The translations under genes and the position numbers were made by a program. Positions 43,001-55,801 of a DNA stretch of 64,000 nucleotides are shown here, piece by piece (within the stretch, counting starts at the first letter, position 1; the number at the start of each line of letters is the position of its first letter). Source of the stretch: Antedon mediterranea (taxonomy: Eukaryota > Animalia > Echinodermata); contig NC_092675.1 of NCBI RefSeq assembly GCF_964355755.1, forward strand, positions 11,093,812 to 11,157,811, in the 5' to 3' direction. The notes beneath the pieces were generated by a model that did not search any database, was not told the origin of the DNA, and saw nothing but the letters and a program-made list of their open reading frames with translations.

Positions 43001-46000
43001 ACGTGTTCGTATGGCGTTATTTAAACTGGAAAAGTTCTAAATTGTTTTCAAAATTACTAGGAAAGGCTTGAAAAATATAATTCAAGAGAAAAAAATATGT
43101 TTTTATCGCTACGTGCGCACCGCGTGCGTAAAAAATCGCGCGCCCGTGGGAATTTTTGACATGCTCAAAATGACATGAAACGCGTAAAAAGTTGATTAGA
43201 AATTAATTTTGCGCATTTTGAAATTTTAAATGCGCGTGCGCGCGTAACTTCTTGTGAAACATGCCATTTTTAATCTGTAGAAAGTTTGCCCCTGATATGA
43301 CTTAAATTTTGTCAAAGTGTCAATACTAAATGACTTTTGGTTTTTAATCTATGATCAATCATTGAAATTCATAAAATTGCGCGTAAGTCACGTTGCGCAA
43401 CTATGACGTCATTCAAAAATAGGAGGTGCACAATTTCACGTAAATGCCCATATGTTGTCAAAGTTATGAAATGTTATGTTTACACATTTTAGAGAAACGC
43501 GACTCACAAAAAGGAAGGAAGGAAAGAAGAATAATACAGAAAAAAAATGTTGATCTCATACAATAACAAGGAGTTATCCGCTTGGTATACCAAGCGGATA
43601 ACTAATAAGCAATCACTGTATTAGGTTAAATATTATGGATGATCACCCAAAGGTAGCCATTATTAGCATTATCAAAATATTTTTTTTGTCAATTAGATAT
43701 TATTACCATCCTGTTTGTGAAATCAGATATAATGTAAAGGGTGGTAGTAGACCTGAAGTATACTCGAGGATATACAGTATTATTATTATTATTATCTCGA
43801 TTTCGCATATTATTGATTCAAATTTGTATTAACAGTATATTGTACAGTATAGGTGTTTTATTTTTAGTTTTAAGAACAAAAAAATTAGAAAAAAGTAGAA
43901 GAGGATGTCTACAGACGTTGCAGTAGAGATAACTGAGCAGTGTTTATAATGGTACAAACATGCTAACTGACTGGGCTGAATACTTCTATTATACGAACCT
44001 ATCATAATGGTACAGTCCAATCGCATTTACCTTGAATACTTGATGGGTAAGATGGCTCAGAAAAATCTGTTGCAATATCCCAGTTTTGACAAACTACAAT
44101 TTAATATAAAAGAAATGACATACAAGGAGAACCATTGAAAGAGACATCAAAATAATTCCATACAGTAAGATCTTTTCATCCTTTAATAGTAAGTAATTAT
44201 TTGTGATAGAACCGACTGGTTTTGACTATGTTGATTTTGAGGGAAAAGGAATAAAGTAAAGTATAGACAAAAAGTGCACTTACTTTCTTCTGGTGTGAAA
44301 TTAACATTTTTTTTCCGTACCACAAGACCTTTACTTCTTTGCAATCTCACTGTTTAAGAAAAAAGATTAATTTCAATAACAAAACTAAAATTAGAAAGCC
44401 ACTCTGAGAGTGCATACCTCCGCCTACTGTAAAATTCTCCTACATAAGATTTCTCCGGTAAAAAAATATATATATTTGTGTGTGTCTTAATGCTGTTTGT
44501 GATTTACGCTAATTTAAAAAAAAAAAAACCTTTGTCATACACCTCAAAAGTATGCAAAATTTGAGATGATTTTTCACAGATTTTACATATTTTTATTTGC
44601 TTCAATGAAACATTTTACAAAAAAAATGACAACAAAAATTTGACCCTCGATCCCATTTCTCAATATTGCATATGTAATGAAATTAAAATGTCTGTAGCTA
44701 TTTTATTCTGCCTTCAAATGGCTCAGATACAAGTTTCTAATAGCCGACATAGGACTGTTTAGTAAATCTCAAAATCACACCTCAAGTATGCAAATTAAAG
44801 TTACATGAAATATGCAAATTAGAGGGGTGAAATTAAAGGTTCCTATATCGAAAACCACTAAGGCTAGAGAGTTGATTTTTTCAAAAACTTCAAAATGTAC
44901 ATATTTATATTTGCATAAATGAAACATTTTACAAAAAAATGACTGGAAATACAACAATTGACCCTCAACCCCATTTATCAATGTTTGCATACATAATGCG
45001 ACTAAAATGTCTCTAGGGACTTTGTTTGGACTCAAATGACTCGGATACAGGTTTCCTATAGTCGGCATAGTACCGCTTTGTAATTCCCAAAATCATGCCT
45101 TTATCATGCACCTCAAAATTATGCTAATTAGTAGTACAAATTACATGAAATATGCAAATAAGGGGGTGAAATTACAGTCTTCCCATATCTCGAAAAACAT
45201 TAATGCTAGAGAGTTGATTTTTTCAAAGCCTTATTCAGAATGTACATATTTATACTTGCTCTAATAAAACATTTTACGAAAAAATTATCGAAAGTATGAC
45301 ATTTGACCCTCAACCCTATTTCTCAGTTCAAATTGCGCAAGAATATCATTGCGTAATTTAAAAAAAACTATTTTAACGTTTAGGGGCGACTTTGCGATGA
45401 GCGACTTTACAATGGAGCCACTTTACGATGGGGCAAATGTGTCGGGGCGACTTTGTTTTGGTGCGACTGCGATGGGGCGACTTGACTAGCCTCTGTATGC
45501 ATGCATATGGAAATAGGCAAGATTTTCATATACCGTACATGATAGTCCTGGTTCATAGTCAGCCCTAGAAAATGAACATCATTTGCATTGATTTTATATA
45601 ATGATCATAACATACAACAATAACAAGATATATATTATTTAAATAATATGCAATAAAAGTCACTTAAATAGACATATACACAGTGTATTGTAACTTGAAG
45701 AAATGTGGGGATTTCCAGTATTCATAAAACGTTCACTTGAAGTAGAGACTGATTACGATGTAATAAAGGCAATAAAACAAAATAATATCATCTTCATTAG
45801 TAAATAAAAAATGAAATATCATTGTTTTTTTTTTATTAAAATACCATTGTTTTGATTGTAAACAATGAAATTAACAAAGTTATTAATTAAAAAGCCTGAT
45901 TAAATGTAGAACAAAAGAGTTAAGGAACCGTTTTGTTCTACCTAGAGCAGTCCTCAATCGGCTTCCAGATCTTAACCATTGATAACTATTGCATAATGAA

Positions 46001-49000
46001 CCATTATTTATCTGTCTGCAAACCAATGAAAATACCTACAGTAGATTGCTCTAAAAAGCATTACCTTCCATGAAGAAAGCCATATAACTCACACTAGAGG
46101 CACTTGACAGGACCCAGTTGGAATGGACTCAATAATCAAATAAAATTTCTCCTACTAAAAACCTTACTAATGAAAGTAATGTGCAAGTATGGTGCCTCAC
46201 CTGTGACACTCTATATTTGGCCTGCCACATTAATTCTAAATTACAATCAGGTCCATGGTAGTAATACTGTTGCGAACCCCTGGCGTACATAAAATATATA
46301 ACTGCATAATGCAAAGTGCTTACATTTTGCATACCAGCCTGCTCCACATTCAATAATCTCCCCATTTTCATTACAAGACTCATGACATAGGTAAACAACG
46401 ACAGGTGCTACATAGAAGGGTTTCAAAGCTTCTACCATCTCTGAAAAAAATATTTCAAAATAGGTGTTGTTATTATTACTACTACTATTATTACTAAATT
46501 ATTACTACTAGATGGCACGCTCGCTTCGCTCGCGTACCATCTAGGTCGTGCCCACAGATGGTTCTCGAATACACAGTATTTTCCAGCGAGAAAAAAATGG
46601 AGATTTCAAATGTACGTACTGCAGGACTATAATACATTGTCGTTTACAGAAACGAATAGTCAGCTAAAATTAGCACCCTGGGAATTACTTCCGAGAGAGA
46701 AACAAAATGAGTCAAATTTTTTTATTTGGACTCATTTAAACAAACCCAATTTGTGTTTTGTATGTAACATTAAGGGTTGAGGGATGGGGGAAGAAGATAG
46801 GTACAAAGAGGAAACATTTTAAAATATATTCTTATCCACTCAGTAACGAAATATTGTTTTGAATGTTTTATAGGCCTATAAATAATATACCACTAAATAC
46901 AGTAAAACATTTACGATTTAATACTTTGTTAAAACTAATAAATAGTAAAAAATAGAAAAACTAATAAATAAATTGAAATAGTAAAGTACATGTAACGATA
47001 CACCACTACGTACGTTTATATATTTTTAAATTATTAATTAATACAAACGTTGAGAAGCAACTGTCAGTAATAACGTTTATTTATTTGTATATTATATGTT
47101 TATAATCTAACAGTAGGGCCTACCCACACTCACAGTAATAAAGTTTATTTGTATATTTGTTTATATTATATCTAACAGTACCAACACTCACACAGTAAGA
47201 AATTTGCGATTCAAATTGCGATCAAAAGTGGTTAATACCTTAACAGTATTGTACAGCATTGCAATACTATTTATGTTTATTCTCAAAGGGGGCCCATAAA
47301 TCTAAATCTATACCTGTATGGTTAAACCAAATAATTTGGAATATTCCATTCATCACAAATCAATACATTTTTAAAAACGTATATTACGTGTATCAAAATA
47401 GCATTTTTTAAAGAAAATCGGCTTGTCTTCAACATTATGATGCTGTACTCGAACTGTTCAACCGGTTTTCAGCTATTAAAAACAATTATCGTAGGAGGAG
47501 ATAGGAAAATGCGAAGTGTCCTCGTATTATTGTGTGCGGGTATTTTTCAAATTGACATCCATTAGACAGTGTATACCACGATCGGAAAACACCCCTACAG
47601 TATTTGGGGCAAATCGTTGAACCTAAATTCGTTTTAATCGTCAATAACTAATTATCGAACTCAATTTAATTAGTAAACAGGGTTACATCAGGTGGTTAAA
47701 ATCAGTACCGAAAGTACGAACCAACTTTATATACCATCGAGTAAACATTCTAGAAATAACGCACGATTTACCGAATTTTGCCCTTACGTAAATTTATATA
47801 TAGATTATTACTACTACTATTATTACTAAATTATTACTATTATTATTACTACTATTATTACTAAATTATTACTATTATTACTACTACTTTATTACTAAAT
47901 TATTACTATTATTACTACTACTATTATTACTAAATTATTACTATTATTACTACTACTATTATTACTAAATTATTACTATTATTATTACTACTACTATTGC
48001 TACTGGTACTAGTATTACTAGTGTTGTTGCTGCTGCTGATGATACCACTAATTCTATCATTACCATTTATATGCATTGAATGAAAAGCTAGACACATTAC
48101 ACCAAAACTCACATGCCACCGTGTAAAGGTGTAGTTTGAATAAATTATTATTATGAGACTGTAATAGTAATACCATTTAGAAGATTTGACAGTAAATGTA
48201 ATTCTCCTAAAAACTATGGTATCGTATCATTACTAAAGATGCAAACATACCTGGTGTCATTACAGTTTGTGTAAGACGTGACCCAGCAAGAGGAGCTATA
48301 GCATTGCAGTTGATGTTATACTTCATACCCTCTATTGCCAAGGTGTTTGACAGACCAACCAACCCTAATTTTGCTGGATAAAAGGATAGAAATATTGCAG
48401 AACAAATGTAAAATTTTGATCACATGAACTGAAATCAAAAGTTTAAATTCTTTCAATCTACATTAGTATTACCAACACTGATAAGCTTTCTTGTTAAGAT
48501 ATTAAAATTAAACACTGACAATTATTTTTAGGTTTTAGGTAGAACATAACAACTAAAATTGGTTATATGAATATAGTTTAAAAAAGTCAAACATATGCTA
48601 TACATAAAAATATTTTAAAAATAATAATAGTAAAGTTCAATTTAATATAGCGAAAAAATGCAATATTGCAAAGTAAATAATGTTATAAATGTAAAATATG
48701 CCAAAAATAAGAATATGATTAAGAGTCAAATTGTTAATCATTTTAATACAATAAAATTGGTGCTTTTTGCTTCATGAAGTTGGAGTCAGCACATTAGTAA
48801 ATATGTACCAGAGCTATAATTGGCCTGTCCAAAGTTTCCATAGAGACCAGCAGCAGATGCAGTAAATATAATGCGACCATAATTCTGTTCTTTCATATGA
48901 GGCCATGCGGCTCTTGTTACTTGAAAGGCACCACGTAGATGCACTCGGTGAACTAAATCTAAAAGATAAATATTCTTCACTGATAAGAATAGCTGTTTTG

Positions 49001-50962
49001 ACACAAACATTTCCGATATTACATATCATACACATCAGAATGATTCAGTTTTACCTAGCACATGTTATTATATGCTCTAGTGCTAAATTAAACTTATATA
49101 TTTTTCATTCTAGAAACAAGTTAAAATATTGTTAAAACTTTTCTTTCGTCAGCCTTAACGCCCCAAAAAAACAAGCTTTTTAACATTCTTCTTGTTGAAA
49201 TGAACATCATTTCCAAAGTTTACCAAAATCGGACGTCAAGAAGTGGGTTAATAATCATAAATTCAAAATGGCCACTATTTACTATAGCATTTTGAAGCTC
49301 CATATCTCCTTAATGGTTGGTTTTAGACCACCTAAGTGCATTGCGAGTAGATATAAATGTGATATTAAACTTTCTAATTGGCTTTCTAAATTACCGTAAC
49401 ATACGATGTCATAAGATAGTAATGACGTCATATTATGTCACAATAATGCTCAATTGCCATTATTCTAAGGGAAAATATAGAAAACATAGGAAAAGATGTT
49501 TTAAAATAGTAGAACATTAACCACATCCAGATCATGGGTATCAGAAGTTATTTTGCGCCCCTTCAACATACAATAGAACATTCCAGTTAATTTTTGCATC
49601 TTTTTATAACTGCAATCTCATATAATGTATTTAAAGAAAAGAGATTCTTAAAGTCTGTTATGAGTTTGGGTATAATAATTCGACCCCATCCTAAATATGG
49701 AGTTGGAACACAGTTTCCCATCCAAAGTACATACATAGAAAATGTAATAGTTGGCGCCGTCAAAACAATCGCACCATACATAGGGGCTGGCTTTTCTGAT
49801 ACCTTGTTATTGTTAATGACATTTAAGCAGTTATAACATAATATATGCGGTCACAACTATCTTATGACGTCTTATTTACGTCATTATTATGGTAATTAAA
49901 ATGTGCAAATTGGGAAGTTTAATGTTTCATTTATATCTATTTGCAATGCACTTACAGTAGGTGGTCTAAATCCAACCATTAAGGAGGTACAGAGCTTCAA
50001 AATGGTATAGTAAATAGGAACCATTTGAATTTATGCTAATTAACAACTTCCTGACGTCCGATTTTCGAAACTTTGGAAATGATGTTCATTTCAACAAGGA
50101 GAATGTTAAGAAACTTGTTTCTAAATTGTTCGCATAGTATGTCATTTAAGCAGTATAACATAAAATATGACGTCACAACTACCATTATGATGTCATATGG
50201 GAATATAAATATGGTAATTAGATTGTTTAATATCACATTTATATCTACTCGTATTGCACTTAGGTGGTCTAAATCCAACCGTTAAGGAGATTTAAAATAG
50301 CAAATGGCGGCCAATTTGAATTTATGCTAATTAACCCACTTCCCGATGTCTGATTTTGGTAAATTTTCGATATGATGTTCATAAATAAAACAAACAAAAA
50401 TTATGTTGCAATCTTTTTTAACTTCAACCATACTTTTACTGGACTAAGCGTGCGGTCTTCAGAGTTTCACTTCAGTATTTTTACTTAAATTAACTAATTT
50501 TGATTTAAAAATGTATAAAATATACAACTAAAAATCAAAATAACATTCATTATAGTGTTAGAATGTACTTGATAACATTTTATATCACAATACTCTAACA
50601 GGCAATAACGGGCATACTGTAGATTGATATGAAAACAATAAAACAAGACTCAACGAGAGGCTTACTCTGCTAATTAGTGGGTTGTGTACATATACTCCAA
50701 CAATAAATCATCATTTATTTTAATATTTACCCCAATCCAAATCACTTGTTCTGGCAAATGAACGATCTCTTAGAATTCCGGCATTATTGATTAATATGTC
50801 TAACAAACGAAAACAGAATATCAATTAATGTTTGTACTATTTGCAATGATTTTGTAACCATTATTTTAAATATAAATGAAACACGATAATATTCCATCTC
50901 ACCGATTCTGCCAAAATGATCAAGCGCTGTTTTAACCAGTTTTTCTCCATCTTCAACTGAAT
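25070..50962 (-). CDS. HSD17B4: Peroxisomal multifunctional enzyme type 2 (D-bifunctional protein: SDR dehydrogenase, hydratase 2, SCP2); 5' exons not found in the window
   Basis: 19 phase-compatible GT-AG exons: 50962-50903, 50799-50731, 48958-48809, 48373-48251, 46440-46324, 44349-44284, 44093-44031, 41892-41795, 41228-41150, 41013-40853, 40453-40330, 40041-39935, 38240-38105, 30482-30376, 29818-29732, 29377-29294, 27159-27018, 26270-26140, 25159-25070. Motifs: [21 protein letters not shown] (YxxxK), [47 protein letters not shown], and C-terminal AKL (PTS1). Confidence 0.96.
31789..32503 (+). mobile_element. Helentron-associated (DINE-1/HINE-like) non-autonomous element
   Basis: Starts TTTTTAGTCGCGTG, contains a (GTCG/GTCT)n microsatellite, a subterminal inverted repeat AGTCGCGTG/CACGCGACT and a 3' hairpin GCCAT...ATGGC, then CTTGTT. 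Inserted in a T-run. Confidence 0.75.
32600..33000 (-). mobile_element. Degenerate CR1/L2-like LINE RT fragment
   Basis: [37 protein letters not shown] (decayed YADD), followed by FLGAHLD-like downstream RT motifs. Confidence 0.6.
33957..35208. repeat. G-rich minisatellite, about 96-103 bp unit, about 12.5 copies
   Basis: Unit ACATAACTTTAGATTTGGGATGGGGGGTGGGGGAATTAAGTTTAAGGTGTGGGTGTTTAATAAACAGGGCTAAAAGTGCTAGGTGAAAATTGAGCTAGGATAG. Length variation is mostly in the G tract. Confidence 0.95.
35213..35817 (+). mobile_element. Helentron/DINE-like element copy 1, with an internal tRNA-like cassette on the minus strand
   Basis: 5' TTATTACCTCCGCCAAGGAGG, (GT)n, subterminal IR CCTCCGCC/GGCGGAGG, 3' hairpin GTACTC-TCG-GAGTAC, CTAG|TT end. 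Near-identical to 37291-37845. Confidence 0.8.
35605..35675 (-). pseudogene. tRNA-derived (Asp/Glu-like) sequence with A and B boxes followed by oligo-T
   Basis: GACAGTGTGGTGTAATGGTTATGTATCCAGCCTCTCACAGTTGAGATCGCTGGTTCAAGTCCCACTGAGGG followed by a T-run. A box TGGTGTAATGG, B box GGTTCAAGTCC. The acceptor stem is imperfect. Confidence 0.55.
36159..37086. repeat. 47/50-bp minisatellite (19 copies) made from the left end of the adjacent MITE
   Basis: Unit AGTTTGCTACTGTACTACTTCTAAAGCTCTGTCTACACTATCAAACTACT, with a 47-bp variant AGTTCACTG.... The last unit continues into the MITE. Confidence 0.95.
37056..37227. mobile_element. Small MITE (PIF/Harbinger-like TIR)
   Basis: AGCTCTGTCTACACTATCAAACT ... 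AGTTTGATAGCGTAGACAGAGCT. A related right half occurs at about 19580-19680. Confidence 0.75.
37291..37845 (+). mobile_element. Helentron/DINE-like element copy 2
   Basis: Same structure as 35213-35817, with a more decayed tRNA-like segment at about 37648-37718. Confidence 0.8.
41368..41692. mobile_element. Short Kolobok-type MITE (TTAA TSD)
   Basis: TTAA|AGGACAACTTTAC ... GTAAAGTTGTCTT|TTAA. Confidence 0.7.
41980..43608 (-). mobile_element. Full-length Helentron/DINE-like non-autonomous element (about 1.6 kb)
   Basis: CTAG end with hairpin ACTCGTCACTTTGACGAGT and adjacent GTTATCCGC. The other end is the palindrome AGTTATCCGCTTGGTATACCAAGCGGATAACT. Internal repeated GATGACGTCA motifs. Homologous to 17795-18658. 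Confidence 0.75.
44390..45490. repeat. Composite repeat block: DINE-like 3' end, ~330-bp internal tandem units, and a fragment of the foldback 17-bp array
   Basis: 44390-44510 matches 18660-18780. Three related units contain TTTGACCCTC. GGGGCGACTTTGCGATG...GGGGCGACTTGACTAG occurs at 45382-45490. Confidence 0.6.
46508..47804 (-). mobile_element. Non-autonomous Helitron inserted in a (TAT/TAC)n microsatellite
   Basis: Minus-strand 5' end A|TCTATATATA. 3' hairpin CTAGATGGTACGCGAGCGAAGCGAGCGTGCCATCTAG|T. A/T target with no TSD. The microsatellite continues on both sides (46470-46507 and 47805-48000). Confidence 0.85.
49180..50380. repeat. Inverted/tandem repeat element (one unit at 49180-49460 versus two reverse-oriented units at 49860-50380)
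   Basis: TTGTTGAAATGAACATCATTTCCAAAGTTT...GACCACCTAAGTGCA has reverse-complement copies at about 49930-50100 and 50230-50380. Confidence 0.65.
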
Positions 50963-51534
50963 CTGAAGGTAAAAATAATTAAATCATACACAGTTAATAA
51001 TACACATACAAATAAACAATTGTAATGCATAGAATTATTTCTGTTAAAATTGCAATTTTGAGATTTGTGAAATATAAAAAAAATGCATTGAAGAGTTGAA
51101 AATGAAGGAAGAACTTTTTTCAAAAGAATAACTTTTTTCAAAAGAATAACCTACTGTATCAACGGGTTTTTTTTTCTTCAGAATTTCCTAAAGTGGACCT
51201 ACATGACATAGTGTCAGAATGTCATGTCATTATTAGGAAAATCATGTCCTGCAGAATCTTAAATGGATGAACCTTGAATCAAAACTTTTTTACAATGAAA
51301 CTAAAACTATTACTATGTTTAAGATTTTCCATAACTTAGCACCTTTGTATCTTGGAAACAGATTTATCTTAAGAGATCCTTAATATAACACAAGATCAAA
51401 GGATACATTATATGTTGAAAAACCAAAAACTGAATACAAAAAAAGGAGTTTAACCTATCACAGTGCTAAGTTTATGGAATAACCTAAAGAAAAATTTGGA
51501 ATATCATAGATAATATACGCGAACGTTATAATCG

Positions 51535-52420
51535 CAGAGGCGTAGGCAGGTTGCTGTCTAGGGTGCGAAAATTGTAAATGCGCGAGACTAACACCCATGG
51601 GCTGATCTGTAAGAACATTTTGAAAAATAGAGCGGCTAGGTCCCTGGAAATTGCAATTATACGTTGATATATGAAATGAGAACCAGCACATGGAGGTTGA
51701 GATGGAGCCAAGAACATTTAACCAAATAGAGTTGTTAGGTCCCCGGAAATTGGATTATAGTATTTCGAAAAAAAGAAACAACATATATAAGTCTCCAGGA
51801 CCAGCCCTACCATTATGATGAGCAGCTAAGAAAATTGTGAAAATAGAACTGCTAGGTACCTGGAAATTGCACTTATATAGACCCATATTGATAAATGAAA
51901 CGAAATTATAAGTCTACAGGACCAGCCCGCCATGGGTGGTTGGAGCTAAGAAAATTGTGACAAATAGAGCTGCTAGGTCCCTGCAAAACATTGAAATATG
52001 AAACGAAATTATAGGTCTACAGGTCCAGCCCACCATGGTTGGGTTGGGGTGGAGCTACGAACATTTTGGAAAATAGAGTTGCTAGGTCCCGGAAATTTAA
52101 CTTATTATACTTTGAAGCATAAAACAAAATATATACCGGTACGTCTCCAGAACCAGCCCTACCATGGATATATAAAAAAAAAAATTTGTTTAAGAGAGCT
52201 CTAGGTTCCCAGACAATTCACTAACTGTATATTGTATATCGCAATATAAAACGAAATGTATTTATCCATGACCTATTTGGGGACGGTTGAGCTAAGACAA
52301 TTTTGAAAACTAGAGCTGCAGGTCTTTAAAAACTACACTTACACTTTAAAAATTCAGGACTAGAGGCCTAAAAAGGTGACCCTTTTTACCTTTTTTTTGG
52401 AGGGGAATGCGTCCGCAAGC
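51535..52420 (+). mobile_element. hAT-like non-autonomous element with internal ~120-bp tandem units
   Basis: Starts CAGAGGCGTAGGCAGG. About 7 repeats of GAAAATAGAGCTGCTAGGTCCC(T)GGAAATTGCA. Confidence 0.55.
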
Positions 52421-53099
52421 ATAGATTATTTTCCGTCGGGGAAATCAGTTTATTTCCCAGATGTGAATCTGGTATTTCCCAGATGTGAATCTGGAATTTC
52501 GATGTACGATGAGCAGTTCATGACATACAGGACATAGGAAATGTAATAACTTAGCTATAATAAGATGTTGGCTAAACGAAAATGGCATGTTTTTTGTTTA
52601 GTTAAAAAAAGCGTGAAACGTCTATTTTAGGGTTAGTAAGGGTTAATCGTAAATCAAAAATACGAACAAAAGATCGCGAACAAAATTCGTACCCTTTTGC
52701 TGTATAGCATACGTCGATACACGACGTAACGCTTCGGTAAAGTTCGCCTGGAAACTACAGTACACATTCTGGTCCCTGGATGGAACACGATATCACGCGT
52801 AAACTGCAATAGGCCGGGCCCAATGTTCGTACAAAGGGACACCGCCAGACATGTGCGTACCTATTGCTTAGATCGCTGGCAATAATGCATGCATATAAAG
52901 TGTAATAGTGACCATGTGCTGGATCTTTTACTAATATAGTAATAGTCATAATAATGGCAACAATCCAGTCACATGCAAGTGATCGAATTTTATTTCTTCT
53001 TTCTTTAAACTGAAATACACTTTCAATACAAATGTACTGATTTCCAAAGTGGTTCAGTAAACATATTTACAACAAAAATAAAATAAAAAGAAAAACAAA

Positions 53100-54950
53100 A
53101 GGAAAGAAAACAGATATAAAACTATTTACAATTGTGAAGGCAAAAAGGTTAATACATATATGTTTTCTATAGTGAAGATTTAAAAGTTGCCAAAGACATA
53201 TTATGCAGTTCTGATTTTATGTTATTTGGTAGAGAATTCCATAATTTAGTTGATCTATAAACAAAAGTCCTTTTACCCTGAGAGTTATTCCAGTCATTAT
53301 TACTTTGGGAGCGGGTGCATTTATTATGGTTATCTACAGTAAATTGAAATAATATTGTTAAGTATCTTGGAGCTATTTCTTTTAAACATTTAAATAGCAT
53401 TATAAGAATATTTTCATTCCATTTTACTGTAAGTCTACTCCATCCAAGAGTACTTAAAGGGAAGGTCAAACCTGACTTCTTTTGCCACTCAGGCTATTAC
53501 TTACAATAATATAATCTATTATAAACAACATTGACTATATTTAATAATCAGGTTTACAAGAAATTCGACGTTTATTACGACTACCTACACGAATTGAAAA
53601 TCGCCATGTTGAGCGGGCTGTGACGTATGATACGTCATTTGAAAGCTACGCTTGGCTGATCACCGTATAAGTAAATACAGTTTTTAAAATAAATCGACCC
53701 ATTTAAATGTTATTGAACGTTTGTTAAAGGCGGTTTTTAAAATATTTTTTGATGGAAATAAACTAAAATAGCACTAAAATATGTAATACCAAAATAAAAA
53801 AATCATTTTTTCAACCGGAGACGCAGTAATTTGGGTGGAAATCGAGACATATTTCGTCGGAATGAACGAATTTCGCTGATAGCTAAACAACCAACTACGC
53901 ATGCGTTATGACCTATCTGCATGTTTTGTAACTCTCTCTGGCATGGTGTACTACTGCTGTGAGCGTGTGTTGGGTACATGAGTCTTAATTTTGGTGTGTG
54001 TACTGCTGTCGATTGTCGTTTTTTATCAACTTTTCTCGCCAGAAAGAAAGTATGGAATCCCTTTGCGACAGTTATGGTTACGGGTGTGAGCCTGAATATA
54101 CAGAGAGCGAATTAGTTGCTCGTAGCTTAAATAGAGACAGGTTAAACGAAATGGATAAAAATTCGCGTGTAAACCAGTCGGTTGATAAATGGTGTACATG
54201 CGGCCTGTGTGTAAGAAAACATATAACCCTTTCCCATTGACGAACTCGATCTATTTGTACAGCCGATAGCTGTACAAAAGACCATTTTGCGGTTATACAA
54301 TTAACTATTTAAAATCACAAAAAGATGAAGAACAAAGCGTAAAATGTATACAGTACTGTCAAAGAGATTATTAAAGCGGTGTAGATTTGTTTTATTCGCG
54401 AACAACAATGAACAATAAAACAACCCGGAACCACGCGCTCTTCTCGCTCCTCGCTTGACTGCTCGCTGGGTCACCGATTTCAGCCAATCAATGTAAGGGA
54501 TTAGATTAACCAATCATAGCATACCTATACAACCGCGAGGCTTAAATTCGACAAAGGACGTATCTGACGTCATAAATAAGCTGTAAGAGCATAAGATGGC
54601 GATTTTCAATTCAGGAAAAGTCAGCATTAAAATCTCGTTTTCTCAATAACTACAACTCGTACAAAATTGAATTATATACTGATAGTTTGTTCAATTAATG
54701 AAGGATTCATGGTTAAAAGATAAAATTAGGCTTGACCTTCCCTTTAAGATATCATTAATAGGGGTATACATGTCTACAGATAACAATATTCTACCTAATC
54801 TGTTGATTAAAACCTGAAGAGAATCTGAAAAACTTATGTTACAATTGGACCAAACACAGCAACAATAATCAAATAATGGAATAATTAAAGCACTTGCTAA
54901 CATTTTTAAAGTATACATAGGAAGATACATCTTAATACGACGAATAATGT
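53100..54950 (-). mobile_element. CR1/L2-like LINE 3' fragment split by a Kolobok element
   Basis: YLPMYTLKMLASALIIPLFDYCCCVWSNC...PINDIL (54930-54748) resumes as STLGWSRL...LFKCLKEIAPRYL...KRTFVYRSTKLWNSLP (53453-53167). Confidence 0.8.
53458..54743. mobile_element. Kolobok-type DNA transposon (TTAA TSD) carrying a KolX/P2X7-ballast-like 5' fragment
   Basis: TTAA|AGGGAAGGTCAAACCT ... AGGCTTGACCTTCCCT|TTAA. Internal ORF piece MESLCDSYGYGCEPEYTESEL...VDKWCTCGLC (54052-54210). Confidence 0.75.
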
Positions 54951-55029
54951 TTTAATTTTAAGAAAGCTAAATTTCAATGTATTCAATGAAACACTATGCA
55001 TATACCATGGGAAATTTGAGATATTACTA

Positions 55030-55795
55030 GAAATATAGATGAGTGTAGATATGTTTTACGACTTGGTCGACGCTACCCTGAGAGATATTGTTCCTATTGT
55101 GTGCCCGTAAACTTCCTCTGTGGTATGAACATGCACTGTATAAAATGTTAAAAAAGGAGAAGTGTTTTAAAAGCAAAAGAAAGCAAAGAGCTGCGTCTCT
55201 ACAGAATTTTGAATGGGTATAAAAATGCTCGTAGGGAATTTAAAGTAATGAGAAAGAATAAGTATACTTCATACTTGATCAAAATATCTCAAGAACTAAA
55301 AAACGATTTCTAAAAGATTCTGGTCCTGGATGCGTAGTAAACACAAGTGTAAAAATATACCTCCTTGTGTTAAACTTAACAATGCTACTGCTCAGGCGAA
55401 ATCAAATCTATTTATTAATCATTTTTCTACTTTTTTCAGCAACGTTGAAGATCCATCGGTGGGCCTTCTGGATCTTCCCGAGGTTCCCATGAGCACCTTC
55501 GATACTATCTCTATCAATCGTTTCGATACTCATACTCATCTCTGTAAAGCAGCATAAGGATTGATCCTGCTCCGATTCCTTGGTATATTTACCAAATCAA
55601 TTCAGTCTGGGATATTTCCTTCTTATTGAAAACAGTCTAACATTGTCTCTATTCACAAGAAAGGTCTTAAGGATGTCTCTCTGCTGCCTACCATCTCTGA
55701 AATTTTGTTTTTTTTTTGTTTAAATTTTTGCTTGCATTGTTTTTAATTCAATTTATTCTCACATTGCTCCTTACATTTCTGATCAGCAAAAGTTG
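55030..55795 (+). mobile_element. Highly decayed LINE RT remnant (target of the BEL insertion)
   Basis: Broken peptides FWSWMRSK, KSNLFINHFSTFF, IFTKSIQSGIFPS..KQSNIVSIHKKG and ISDQQ. Confidence 0.65.
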
Positions 55796-55801
55796 AAGTT
55801 C

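Noticed and set aside
49500-49840. Short overlapping ORFs inside the inverted-repeat element as a captured gene
   Set aside because: No recognisable motif and stops in all extended frames; cannot be supported without a search.
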